Below, piece by piece: positions 8,075 to 16,246 of a stretch of DNA of 32,000 bases. The position numbers were made by a program, and so were the translations under genes. Source of the stretch: Mycolicibacterium smegmatis (GTDB lineage: Bacteria > Actinomycetota > Actinomycetes > Mycobacteriales > Mycobacteriaceae). Location: contig NZ_LN831039.1 in the NCBI RefSeq assembly GCF_001457595.1, positions 5,760,001-5,792,000 of the forward strand, given 5' to 3'. The notes under the pieces are model-generated. The model ran no database searches. It was not told where the DNA came from and was given only the letters and a program-made list of their open reading frames with translations. The stretch's first letter is position 1. The number at the start of each line of letters is the position of its first letter.

Positions 8075-9415
8075 ATGAGCATGCTCACCCGGATTTTCCG
8101 CCGCACCCCGTCGCTGCGGACCCGGGTGGCGTTCGCGACGGCGATCGGTGCCGCGATCGTCGTGGTCATCGTCGGCACGATCGTGTGGATCGGCATCACC
8201 AACGACCGCAAGGAACGGCTCGACCGGCGTCTCGATGAGGCCGCGGGTTTCGCGATCCCGTTCCTGCCGCGCGGACTCGACCAGATCCCGCGCTCCCCCA
8301 ACGACCAGGACGCCGTGATCACGGTGCGCCAGACCGGCGCGGTGACGTCGAACTCGACCGTGGTGCTCCCCGAGTTGCCCGCAGGCTACGCCGACACCTA
8401 CATCGACGGTGTGCGCTGGCGTGTGCGCACCGTCGAGATCCCGGCGCCGGGCCCCATGTGGGTGGCCGTGGGCGCGACGTACGACGCGACCATCGCCGAC
8501 ACCAACAACCTGCACCGGCGGGTGCTCGTGATCTGTGTGTTCGCGGTCGGCGCGGCCACGGTGCTGGGCTGGGTGCTCGCAGCCTTCGCGGTGCGCCCGC
8601 TCAAACGCCTCGCCGAACAGACGCGCGAGATCGAGGCGGGCGACGAGGCCCCCGACGTGGAGGTGCGGGGGGCGACCGAGGCCGTCGAGATCGCCGAGGC
8701 CGTCAACGGCATGCTCAAGCGCATCTGGAAAGAACAGGACCGCACCAAGTCGGCCCTGGCGTCGGCGCGTGATTTCGCGTCGGTGTCCGCGCATGAACTG
8801 CGCACCCCGCTCACGGCGATGCGCACCAACCTCGAGGTGCTCTCCACCCTCGACCTGCCCGACGAGCAGCGCAAGGAAGTGGTCAACGACGTCATCCGCA
8901 CGCAGTCGCGCATCGAGGCCACGCTCGGCGCGCTCGAACGGCTCGCGCAGGGCGAGTTGAGCACCACCGACGACCACGTGACCGTCGACATCACCGAACT
9001 GCTCGACCGCGCGGCGCACGACGCCATGCGCATCTACCCCGACCTGGAGGTGTCGCTCGCGCCGTCGCCGACCGTGATCATCGTGGGCTTGCCGACGGGC
9101 CTGCGCCTTTCGGTCGACAACGCGATCGCCAACGCCGTCAAACACGGCGGCGCCACGCGCGTGCAGCTTTCCGCGGTCAGCTCACGCGAGGGCGTCGAGA
9201 TCGCGATCGACGACAACGGCGTCGGCGTGCCCGAGGGCGAACGGGCCCTGGTGTTCGACCGGTTCGCGCGCGGATCGACCGCGTCCCGGTCGGGTTCGGG
9301 CCTGGGCCTCGCACTCGTCGCGCAGCAGGCCGAACTGCACGGCGGCACCGCGACTTTGGCGGAGAGCCCGCTGGGCGGGGCCCGGCTGTTGTTGAGGCTG
9401 CCGGGCCCGCGCTGA
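8075..9415 (+). CDS. prrB: Sensor histidine kinase PrrB
   Basis: 446 aa. It has an N-terminal TM segment, a HAMP-like region, the H-box SVSAHELRTPLTAM and a C-terminal HATPase (DNGVGVP...GSGLGLALV). It starts 9 bp downstream of prrA. Confidence 0.9.
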   Translation: MSMLTRIFRRTPSLRTRVAFATAIGAAIVVVIVGTIVWIGITNDRKERLDRRLDEAAGFAIPFLPRGLDQIPRSPNDQDAVITVRQTGAVTSNSTVVLPELPAGYADTYIDGVRWRVRTVEIPAPGPMWVAVGATYDATIADTNNLHRRVLVICVFAVGAATVLGWVLAAFAVRPLKRLAEQTREIEAGDEAPDVEVRGATEAVEIAEAVNGMLKRIWKEQDRTKSALASARDFASVSAHELRTPLTAMRTNLEVLSTLDLPDEQRKEVVNDVIRTQSRIEATLGALERLAQGELSTTDDHVTVDITELLDRAAHDAMRIYPDLEVSLAPSPTVIIVGLPTGLRLSVDNAIANAVKHGGATRVQLSAVSSREGVEIAIDDNGVGVPEGERALVFDRFARGSTASRSGSGLGLALVAQQAELHGGTATLAESPLGGARLLLRLPGPR

Positions 9416-9421
9416 GATCAG

Positions 9422-9454
9422 CTAGCGGGTGGCGAGCAGGTCGATGACAAAAAT
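9422..9454 (-). pseudogene. Relic second copy of the FKBP gene's 3' end (last 10 codons plus stop), out of frame with the live gene
   Basis: The reverse complement reads ATT TTT GTC ATC GAC CTG CTC GCC ACC CGC TAG, which translates to IFVIDLLATR*. The live gene end (9459-9491) reads ATC TTC GTC ATC GAC CTG CTG GCC ACC CGA TGA, also IFVIDLLATR*. 27 of 33 nt are identical, and every difference is synonymous or swaps one stop codon for another. Confidence 0.6.
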
Positions 9455-9458
9455 CGCG

Positions 9459-9872
9459 TCATCGGGTGGCCAGCAGGTCGATGACGAAGATGAGCGTCTT
9501 GCCCGAGAGGCGGTGACCGCCGCCCGCGGGACCGTACGCCTGCTCGGGCGGGATGATCAGCTTGCGGCGGCCGCCGACACGCATGCCGGGGATGCCGTCC
9601 TGCCAACCCTGGATCAAGCCGCGCAGCGGGAACTCGATCGACTCACCGCGGTTCCACGAGCTGTCGAACTCCTCGCCGGTGTCGTACTCGACACCGACGT
9701 AGTGAACCTCGACGTTCGCGCCGGCAACCGCCTCGGGACCGTCTCCCACCACCAGATCGGTGATGACCAGTTCCGTCGGGGCGGGTCCGTCCGGAAACTC
9801 GATCTCAGGTTTTGTAGTCACCGGACCAACCGTAGTCGGGCACACTGGCGGTGTGGCAAAAGACCAAGACAT
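9459..9872 (-). CDS. FKBP-type peptidyl-prolyl cis-trans isomerase
   Basis: The FKBP domain signature is present: VEVHYVGVEYDTGEEFDSSWNRGESIEFPLRGLIQGWQDGIPGMRVGGRRKLIIPPEQAYG. The real start may be the GTG at 9821 (MTTKPEIEFP..., about 120 aa). That start would remove the overlap with the divergent DUF2630 gene. Confidence 0.85.
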   Translation of the reverse strand: MSWSFATPPVCPTTVGPVTTKPEIEFPDGPAPTELVITDLVVGDGPEAVAGANVEVHYVGVEYDTGEEFDSSWNRGESIEFPLRGLIQGWQDGIPGMRVGGRRKLIIPPEQAYGPAGGGHRLSGKTLIFVIDLLATR

Positions 9873-10101
9873 CCTCGCCGAAGTTCACCGGTTGGTCGCT
9901 GAAGAGCAGGAGCTGCGCGACAAGCTCCAGCGCAAGGAGATCAGCGAGGACGAGGAACACCAGCGGCTGCAGCACCTCGAAGTCGCGCTCGACCAGTGCT
10001 GGGACCTGTTGCGGCAACGCCGCGCCCTGCGCGAGACCGGACAGGACCCCCGCGAGGCCGAGATCCGTCCGGCCGGCGAGGTCGAGAACTACAAGAACTG
10101 A
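9853..10101 (+). CDS. DUF2630-family small protein (Rv0898c-like)
   Basis: The track ORF (9760..10101) has a non-conserved leader. The conserved part starts at GTG 9853: VAKDQDILAEVHRLVAEEQELRDKLQRKEISEDEEHQRLQHLEVALDQCWDLLRQRRALRETG.... At 82 aa it matches the expected size of Rv0898c-like proteins. Confidence 0.75.
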   Translation: MAKDQDILAEVHRLVAEEQELRDKLQRKEISEDEEHQRLQHLEVALDQCWDLLRQRRALRETGQDPREAEIRPAGEVENYKN

Positions 10102-10107
10102 CGCGGC

Positions 10108-11667
10108 ATGACCGAACCGCAGTTCGACGCCGTCATCGTCGGCGGCGGGCACAACGGTCTGGTGGCCGCGGCCTATCTGGCCTGTGCCGGGCGCCGGGTC
10201 CGGGTGCTCGAACGCCTCGATCACGTGGGCGGCGCAGCCGTGTCGGCGCATGCCTTCGACGGTGTGGACGCGCGCCTGTCGCGCTACTCGTACCTGGTGA
10301 GCCTGCTGCCCCGCAGCATCGTCGACGACCTGGGCGCCCGCATGCGCCTGGCCCGTCGCCGCTATTCGTCTTACACGCCCGACCCCGCCACAGGCGGGCG
10401 TACCGGCCTGCTGGTCGGGCCGGAGTCGACGTTCGCGGCCATCGGCGCCGCCGACGATGCCGAGAGGTTCGCCGAGTTCTACCGGCGGTGGTCACTGGTC
10501 ACCACGCGGGTCTGGCCGACGCTGCTGCAACCGCTGCGCACCCGCGCGCAGATGCGTGAGCACGTGCTCGCCGGGCAGGGCCCCGAGGCGGCCGCGGCGT
10601 GGGAGGACCTGACCACCCGACCCATCGGCGACGTGATCACGGCCTCGGTGCGCAACGACCTGGTGCGCGGCGTCATGGCCACCGACGCGCTGATCGGCAC
10701 GTTCGCCGCGACCGACGATCCGGCGCTGATCCAGAACGTGTGCTTCCTGTACCACCTGATCGGCGGCGGCACCGGCGACTGGGACGTCCCGATCGGCGGG
10801 ATGGGCGCGGTGACCGGGGCGCTGGCGGCCTCGGCAGCCGGATTCGGCGCCGAAATCGTCACGGGTGCAGAGGTTTACGCCATCACACCGGACGGCGAGG
10901 TGCGCTACCGCCACGGCGGGACCGCGCACCGCATCAGCGCTCACCGCGTGCTGGCCAACGTCACGCCCGTGGTGCTCGCGAAGCTTCTCGGCGAACCCGC
11001 ACCGCAGACCGCGCAGGGTTCGCAGGTGAAGGTCAACCTGATGCTGCGCCGCCTGCCGCGCCTGCGCGACGACACCGTCACGGCCGAGCAGGCGTTCGGC
11101 GGCACGTTCCACATCAACGAGACGCTGCGCCAACTCGATTCGGCCTTCGCGGCCGCGGCCGGTGGACGCGTCCCCGATCCCCTGCCGTGTGAGATCTACT
11201 GCCACTCGCTGACCGATCCGAGCATCCTGTCCGACGACCTGCGCGCGTCCGGCGCGCAGACGCTGACGGTGTTCGGCCTGCACACGCCGCATTCACTCGC
11301 GGCCAACGATCCCGACCGCATGCGCGACCGGTTGACCTCGGCGGTGCTCAACTCGCTGAATTCGGTTCTCGCCGAACCCATTCAGGACGTGCTGATGGAG
11401 GACAGCGCGGGACGGCTGTGCATCGAGGCGAAGACCACGGTGGATCTGGAGCGCAGCCTCGGCATGACCGCGGGCAACATCTTCCACGATGCGCTGCGCT
11501 GGCCGTTCGCCGACGACGACGAACCGCTGGACACCCCGGCGCAACGCTGGGGTGTGGCCACCGGCCACGAGCGGATCCTGTTGTGCGGGTCGGGTTCCCG
11601 CCGCGGTGGTGCGGTGTCGGGCGTCGGTGGCCACAACGCCGCGATGGCGGTGCTCGAACGCGTCTAG
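10108..11667 (+). CDS. FAD/NAD(P)-binding oxidoreductase of the phytoene-desaturase (CrtI-like) family (Rv0897c-like)
   Basis: 519 aa. The N-terminal dinucleotide fold is DAVIVGGGHNGLVAAAYLACAGRRVRVLE. The position after the Rv0898c-like gene is syntenic with M. tuberculosis. Confidence 0.85.
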   Translation: MTEPQFDAVIVGGGHNGLVAAAYLACAGRRVRVLERLDHVGGAAVSAHAFDGVDARLSRYSYLVSLLPRSIVDDLGARMRLARRRYSSYTPDPATGGRTGLLVGPESTFAAIGAADDAERFAEFYRRWSLVTTRVWPTLLQPLRTRAQMREHVLAGQGPEAAAAWEDLTTRPIGDVITASVRNDLVRGVMATDALIGTFAATDDPALIQNVCFLYHLIGGGTGDWDVPIGGMGAVTGALAASAAGFGAEIVTGAEVYAITPDGEVRYRHGGTAHRISAHRVLANVTPVVLAKLLGEPAPQTAQGSQVKVNLMLRRLPRLRDDTVTAEQAFGGTFHINETLRQLDSAFAAAAGGRVPDPLPCEIYCHSLTDPSILSDDLRASGAQTLTVFGLHTPHSLAANDPDRMRDRLTSAVLNSLNSVLAEPIQDVLMEDSAGRLCIEAKTTVDLERSLGMTAGNIFHDALRWPFADDDEPLDTPAQRWGVATGHERILLCGSGSRRGGAVSGVGGHNAAMAVLERV

Positions 11668-12113
11668 CGGCCCGAGACCTTCGACAGGATCGCGTGCAGC
11701 GTCTGCAGGTCCTCGGGGTCGAGCGCCGCGAGAGGTTCGGGTGCCGGATCGTCGACGGCCTCGATCTCCTTCCACAGCGCCAGGCCCGCCTGCGTGATCG
11801 ACACGGTCTTGCAGCGGCGGTTGGCCGGGTCGACCTGACGGGTCACCAGGCCGCGCTCCTCCAGGTCGTTGACGGCGACCGTCGCGGCCGGCGGGTCCAT
11901 GGTGGCCGCGTGCGCGACCTCCTTGACCGACATGGGCCTGCGCGCCAACCGTCGCAACACGCGGATACGGCTGAACGGCAGTCCGCTACGCTCGATCACC
12001 GCGCGCTTCCAGCTGTCGCGGTTGTCGTAGACGATCGCGGTGAGCGCGCGCCACACGTCATCGGCGTGCACGGCGGTCACCGCGGCCGTGTCCTGGGCGA
12101 GTTCACCGGGCAT
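11664..12113 (-). CDS. MarR-family transcriptional regulator
   Basis: 149 aa. The wHTH core is LPFSRIRVLRRLARRPMSVKEVAHAATMDPPAATVAVNDLEERGLVTRQVDPANRRCKTVSITQAG. Its start overlaps the upstream MFS gene's end by 11 nt. Its stop shares the CTAG at 11664-11667 with the convergent oxidoreductase. Confidence 0.85.
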   Translation of the reverse strand: MPGELAQDTAAVTAVHADDVWRALTAIVYDNRDSWKRAVIERSGLPFSRIRVLRRLARRPMSVKEVAHAATMDPPAATVAVNDLEERGLVTRQVDPANRRCKTVSITQAGLALWKEIEAVDDPAPEPLAALDPEDLQTLHAILSKVSGR

Positions 12114-13560
12114 GGGCCACCTCCGCGGGACGATGGTGCTGACCGATCAAGGGCGCGAGCCGTTCTGCCGAGCGCAGTGCCCACGGTGACGTCGACACGA
12201 TGCCGATCGCGACGATCACCACGCCGAGGGCCGTGCAGATGAGCCACAGCGGACGCGACGCCGCGGCGAAGTCGACGCCGGTGCCTGCGAGCGCGGTCCC
12301 GGCCACCGAACCGCACAGGGCCACACCGATGCTCACGCCGACCTGCCTGCTGGTGGACGCGACGGCCGAGGCCGCGCCCGCGCGGTCGAGCGGCATACCG
12401 CTGACCGCCGCGGTGGTGATCGGCGCGTTGACCAACGCGAACCCGATACCGAACACCGCGAAGATCACCAGCAGCAGCCACACCGGCGTCGTCGCCGTCA
12501 TCTGCGCCAGCATCACCGTCGCGGCCGTGATCAGGACGCCCGCGGACACCAGCGACGGACGGCTGCCGAACCGCCCCACCATGCGGCCCGACAGCGGTGA
12601 GAAGATCAGCGCGCCGATGGCGATCGGCAGGTAGATGAGCCCGGTGAACATCGCGGAGTAGCCCCGCTCGGACTGCAGGTACAGCGACATCATGAACAGG
12701 AACGCGCCGTAGGCCGCGAACGCGCACACCGCGACCAGGGTGGCCGACGCGAACGGCACGCTGCGGAAGAACCGCAGATCGATGAACGGGTCGTGGCGAC
12801 GGGACTCGTAGCGCAGGAACGCCAGGAACGCGACGAGCGCGGTCGCGGCCACCGCCAGCGTGCGCGGGTCGGTCCAGCCCATGCCCGGGCCCTCGATGAG
12901 CACGAACACCACACCGAACAGGAACGCGACGCCGAGGCCCTGGCCCACGGGGTCGACGTCGCGCATCGTCGACGACTTCGACTCCCGCACGAAGATCGCG
13001 GTCAGCAGGATCGCCAGCGCGCAGATCGGCAGGTTGATCCAGAACACCGCGCGCCAGTCGACGTACTCGATCAGGGCGCCGCCGACCAGCGGGCCCAGGG
13101 CCATCGAGATGCCGACGACGCTGCCCCACACGCCGATCGCACGGGCGCGCTCGACCCGGCCGGTGAACACCTGCGTGATGATCGACATGGCCACCGGGTT
13201 GAGCATCGAACCACCGATCGCCTGCAGCAGGCGTGCGGCGATCAACGTCTCGATGTTGGGCGCCACGCTGCACAGCAGCGACGCGACCGCGAACACCGTC
13301 AGACCCAGGTGGAAGGTGCGCCTGCGGCCGAACCGGTCGCCGGTGGCGCCCGCGAGCAGCAGCAGTGATGCGAGCACCAGCGTGTAGACGTCGATGACCC
13401 ATTGCAGTTGCGACGGGGACGCCCCGAGATCGGAGCGGATGCTGGGGATCGCGACGTTGACGATGGTGGCGTCCATCGACACGATCAGCAGGCTCAGGCA
13501 GCACGAGACGAGGATGATCGCCTTGCGCCGCGCGCTGAGCGCGCCGACAGTTTCATTCAT
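12103..13560 (-). CDS. MFS drug/H+ antiporter, DHA2 (EmrB/QacA-like, 14-TMS type)
   Basis: The track ORF (12103..13956) carries a 132-aa Arg/Gly/His-rich extension with no membrane character. The ATG at 13560 gives MNETVGALSARRKAIILVSCCLSLLIVSMDATIVNVAIPSIRSDLG..., the typical DHA2 N-terminus. Length is 485 aa. Confidence 0.85.
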   Translation of the reverse strand: MNETVGALSARRKAIILVSCCLSLLIVSMDATIVNVAIPSIRSDLGASPSQLQWVIDVYTLVLASLLLLAGATGDRFGRRRTFHLGLTVFAVASLLCSVAPNIETLIAARLLQAIGGSMLNPVAMSIITQVFTGRVERARAIGVWGSVVGISMALGPLVGGALIEYVDWRAVFWINLPICALAILLTAIFVRESKSSTMRDVDPVGQGLGVAFLFGVVFVLIEGPGMGWTDPRTLAVAATALVAFLAFLRYESRRHDPFIDLRFFRSVPFASATLVAVCAFAAYGAFLFMMSLYLQSERGYSAMFTGLIYLPIAIGALIFSPLSGRMVGRFGSRPSLVSAGVLITAATVMLAQMTATTPVWLLLVIFAVFGIGFALVNAPITTAAVSGMPLDRAGAASAVASTSRQVGVSIGVALCGSVAGTALAGTGVDFAAASRPLWLICTALGVVIVAIGIVSTSPWALRSAERLAPLIGQHHRPAEVAHAR

Positions 13561-13567
13561 ACAACGA

Positions 13568-13581
13568 TTGTGAAAGCACAA
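13568..13581. promoter_or_regulatory. TTGTG-AAAG-CACAA dyad in the MFS-marR / ybaK divergent promoter; candidate MarR operator
   Basis: This is a 5-4-5 palindrome in the relatively AT-rich 57-bp gap between starts at 13560 (-) and 13618 (+). MarR repressors usually bind pseudo-palindromes in their own promoter. Confidence 0.25.
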
Positions 13582-13617
13582 CTGTTTGCACCGCAAGAGG
13601 CCGGCGAACCGGCATCG

Positions 13618-14097
13618 GTGACAATCGTCACCGTGAACGAACGGAATGCGCGTGTGGCGGCCGCTGTTGCCGCCGCCGGTATCGAACCGGCGATCAGGAT
13701 CCTCGACGCAGACGCCAAGACGGCCGCGGCGGCCGCCGAGCAACTCGGCTGCGAGGTCGGCGCGATCGCCAACAGCCTGGTGTTCGAATGCGACGGCGAA
13801 CCGCTGCTGGTGATGGCCAGCGGCGCGGCGCGCGTCGACACCGACGTGCTGGCGCGGCACCTCGGCGCCGGCGCGATCACCAAGGCGAATCCCAAGCTCG
13901 TGCGCGCGGCCACCGGCCAGGTGATAGGCGGCGTGGCCCCGACCGGGCATCCGCAACTGCTGCGCACCGTCGTCGACGAGACGCTCGCGTCATACCCGGT
14001 GATCTGGACGGCCGCGGGCACGGCCGATTCGGTGATGCCGCTGACCTACGGACAGCTGCTCACCCTCACCGGCGGGAAGGCCCTGCCGGTGAGGTGA
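13618..14097 (+). CDS. YbaK/ProX-type aminoacyl-tRNA trans-editing deacylase
   Basis: The C-terminal part of the track ORF (13402..14097) carries the family signature: AAAEQLGCEVGAIANSLVFECDGEPLLVMASGAARVDTDVLARHLGAGAITKANPKLVRAATGQVIGGVAPTGHP. The GTG start at 13618 gives 159 aa, the right size for the family. Alternative GTGs lie at 13570 and 13633. Confidence 0.75.
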   Translation: MTIVTVNERNARVAAAVAAAGIEPAIRILDADAKTAAAAAEQLGCEVGAIANSLVFECDGEPLLVMASGAARVDTDVLARHLGAGAITKANPKLVRAATGQVIGGVAPTGHPQLLRTVVDETLASYPVIWTAAGTADSVMPLTYGQLLTLTGGKALPVR

Positions 14098-14098
14098 G
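14059..14098. terminator. Stem-loop spanning the last codons and stop of ybaK; candidate bidirectional terminator for ybaK and gltA2
   Basis: CTCACCCTCACCGGC (14059-14073) pairs with GCCGGTGAGGTGAG (14085-14098) with one bulged C. GGG/CCC pairing inside the loop can extend the stem. There is no U-tract. The hairpin lies about 19 nt beyond the gltA2 stop. Confidence 0.35.
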
Positions 14099-14116
14099 CG
14101 GTGAGGTGAAACCGGT

Positions 14117-15421
14117 TCAGCGGCCGGCGATGTCGGTGTAGCCGCGCTCGGTGTAGCCGGTGTAGATCTGGCGCGGACGGCCGATCTTGTTGGGCTCGGA
14201 GTGCATCTCACGCCAGTGCGCGATCCAGCCCGGCAGCCGGCCCAGCGCGAACAGCACCGTGAACATGCGCGTCGGGAAGCCCATGGCCCGGTAGATCACG
14301 CCGGTGTAGTAGTCGACGTTCGGGTAGAGCTTGCGCTCGATGAAGAAGTCGTCGGTGAGCGCGATCTCCTCGAGCTGCTTGGCGATGTCCAGCAGCTCGT
14401 CGTCGCCGCCGAGCTTGCCCAGGATCTTGTCGGCCTGCTCCTTGACGATGCGCGCCCGCGGATCGTAGTTCTTGTACACGCGGTGCCCGAAGCCCATGAG
14501 CTTCACGCCGTCCTCGCGGTTTTTGACCTTGCGTACGAAGTCGCTGACGTCGCCGCCCTGCGAGCGGATCTTCTCCAGCATCTCCAGCACGGCCTGGTTG
14601 GCGCCGCCGTGCAGCGGGCCCCACAGCGCGTTGATGCCACCGGAGATCGAGGTGAACAGGTTGGCCTGCGAGCTGCCCACCAGACGCACCGTCGAGGTCG
14701 AGCAGTTCTGCTCGTGATCGGCGTGCAGGATCAACAGCATGTCCAGCGCGCGCACGATCTCCGGGTCGACCTCGTAGGGCTCGGCCGGGAAACCGAACGT
14801 CATCCGCAGGAAGTTCTCCACCAGGCTCAGCGAGTTGTCCGGGTACAGGAACGGCTGGCCCTCGGACTTCTTGTACGCGTACGCCGCGATCGTCGGTAGC
14901 TTGGCCAACAGGCGGATGGTCGACAGCTCGACCTGCTTGTTGTCCAGCGGATCCAGCGAGTCCTGGTAGTACGCCGAGAGCGCGTTGACCGCGCTGGACA
15001 GCACCGGCATGGGGTGCGCGTTGCGCGGGAAACCGTCGAAGAACCGCTTGAGATCCTCGTGCAGCAGCGTGTGCCGCTGGATCTGGTTGGTGAACGTCTC
15101 CAACTGCTCGGCGGTGGGGAGTTCGCCGTAGATCAGCAGATAGCTGACCTCGATGAACGTCGACTTCTCCGCAAGCTGCTCGATCGGGTAGCCGCGATAC
15201 CGCAGGATCCCCGCGTCACCGTCGATGTACGTGATCGCGCTCTTGGTCGAGGCGGTGTTGACGAACCCGCCGTCGTAGGTCGTGTAGCCGGTCTTGGCCA
15301 GCAATGAGCCCAGCGCGATACCGTCAGCGCCCTCGGTGGCATGGACGATCTCCAGATCCAGCTCGCCACCCGGGTACTTGACGGTGGCGTGCTCCTGCCC
15401 ATTCGACGGTTTTTCGGCCAC
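14117..15421 (-). CDS. gltA: Citrate synthase (type II, GltA2)
   Basis: Near-identical to M. tuberculosis GltA2 as I recall it ([21 protein letters not shown]...[25 protein letters not shown]...[14 protein letters not shown]). The track ORF (to 15535) is over-extended. The GTG at 15421 ([19 protein letters not shown]) is preceded by GAAGGGA and gives 434 aa. Confidence 0.9.
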   Translation of the reverse strand: MAEKPSNGQEHATVKYPGGELDLEIVHATEGADGIALGSLLAKTGYTTYDGGFVNTASTKSAITYIDGDAGILRYRGYPIEQLAEKSTFIEVSYLLIYGELPTAEQLETFTNQIQRHTLLHEDLKRFFDGFPRNAHPMPVLSSAVNALSAYYQDSLDPLDNKQVELSTIRLLAKLPTIAAYAYKKSEGQPFLYPDNSLSLVENFLRMTFGFPAEPYEVDPEIVRALDMLLILHADHEQNCSTSTVRLVGSSQANLFTSISGGINALWGPLHGGANQAVLEMLEKIRSQGGDVSDFVRKVKNREDGVKLMGFGHRVYKNYDPRARIVKEQADKILGKLGGDDELLDIAKQLEEIALTDDFFIERKLYPNVDYYTGVIYRAMGFPTRMFTVLFALGRLPGWIAHWREMHSEPNKIGRPRQIYTGYTERGYTDIAGR

Positions 15422-15539
15422 GGGAATCCCTTCATCCTCGTCGGGAAGTCGTTGGGAACCGACTACTGCTCTAGGTGAGACTGCTCTACAAAAGGTAGTC
15501 GCATTCACTCCGGCCTGCCCGCGGGGGGTGACCAACTGC

Positions 15540-16181
15540 TCACGCGAACTCGTGCCTGCGGCCGGCCACCTCTAGAAACTCGGCGTATGTCGTGCGCATC
15601 TGGTTGACGATGCGCTCGACGGTCACGGTTGCCCAATCGACGTCGGGGACCAGCTGAACCAGGGCCGTCGTCATGATCGCGTTCCACAGCGACGCGATCA
15701 GCGCGATCTTGCGGTCGTCGGCCGAGACGCCCATGCGCTTGGCGAGGACCTCGAACAGCGGCGCGGGCCGAAAGCCCATCGTGGCCTGCATGAGCGACGG
15801 CGAGGACGTGAAGATGCGCGCCGCGGCCAGCAACCGGTCGTCGGTGAGCTGACCCGGCATCGCGACCCTCGTCTTTTCGAACGCCGTGATGTGCGCACAG
15901 AAGACCGCATCGAGCTCACCGAGCTCGGGCGGCTGCTGCGCGAGTTCACCGGCGACGAGGTCTACGACGTCGTCGAGGAACGCCAGCATCACGGCATCCT
16001 TGGTGGCGAAGTAGCGGCTGAACGTGCGCGCCGAGACCTCCGCGGCCGCCGCGATCTGCTCGACGGTGGTCTGCTCGTACCCCTGCCGGACGCACAGGTC
16101 GATCGCGGCACTGATCAGCGTCGCACGCGTTCGCTGTTTCTTCCGTTCGCGAAGACCCGGTTGCTGCGTCTGGTATGCCAC
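15540..16181 (-). CDS. TetR-family transcriptional regulator
   Basis: 213 aa with a GTG start. The TetR HTH is RERKKQRTRATLISAAIDLCVRQGYEQTTVEQIAAAAEVSARTFSRYFATKDAV. Confidence 0.85.
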   Translation of the reverse strand: MAYQTQQPGLRERKKQRTRATLISAAIDLCVRQGYEQTTVEQIAAAAEVSARTFSRYFATKDAVMLAFLDDVVDLVAGELAQQPPELGELDAVFCAHITAFEKTRVAMPGQLTDDRLLAAARIFTSSPSLMQATMGFRPAPLFEVLAKRMGVSADDRKIALIASLWNAIMTTALVQLVPDVDWATVTVERIVNQMRTTYAEFLEVAGRRHEFA

Positions 16182-16246
16182 GGATGGATGTTAGCGCCAG
16201 AACCGCAGGACCTGTCCAGCATCCAGTGTTCGCAGAAGTTTGCCGA

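Noticed and set aside
7427-9145. A 572-aa minus-strand ORF antisense to prrA and prrB.
   Set aside because: It lies entirely opposite two strongly recognisable genes. Its Arg/Gly/Asp/His-rich composition matches no domain and is typical of spurious open frames in high-GC DNA.
9422-9461. The idea that the duplicated FKBP terminus reflects programmed read-through or frameshifting to an alternative C-terminus.
   Set aside because: The second copy starts 4 nt after the TGA, so it is out of frame. It encodes the same peptide, so no new product would result, and there is no slippery heptamer. A recombination relic explains it better.
12077-13504. Alternative-frame long ORFs inside real genes, for example 12077..13504 (-), 16263..17009 (-), 17139..18095 (-), 21038..22606 (+), 29912..31246 (-) and 26087..26995 (-).
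   Set aside because: All are Arg/Pro/Gly/Ala-rich products overlapping genes with clear homology in another frame or strand. There is no independent support for any of them.
13561-13956. The 132-aa N-terminal extension of the MFS ORF (12103..13956), and the 72-aa extension of the ybaK ORF (13402..13617).
   Set aside because: The two extensions overlap each other on opposite strands and have no membrane or family character. Internal starts reproduce the typical family N-termini and sizes.
15474-15490. A CRP-like motif GGTGAGACTGCTCTACA upstream of gltA2.
   Set aside because: Only the left half-site resembles TGTGA. The right half (TCTAC/CTACA) is a poor match at either spacing.
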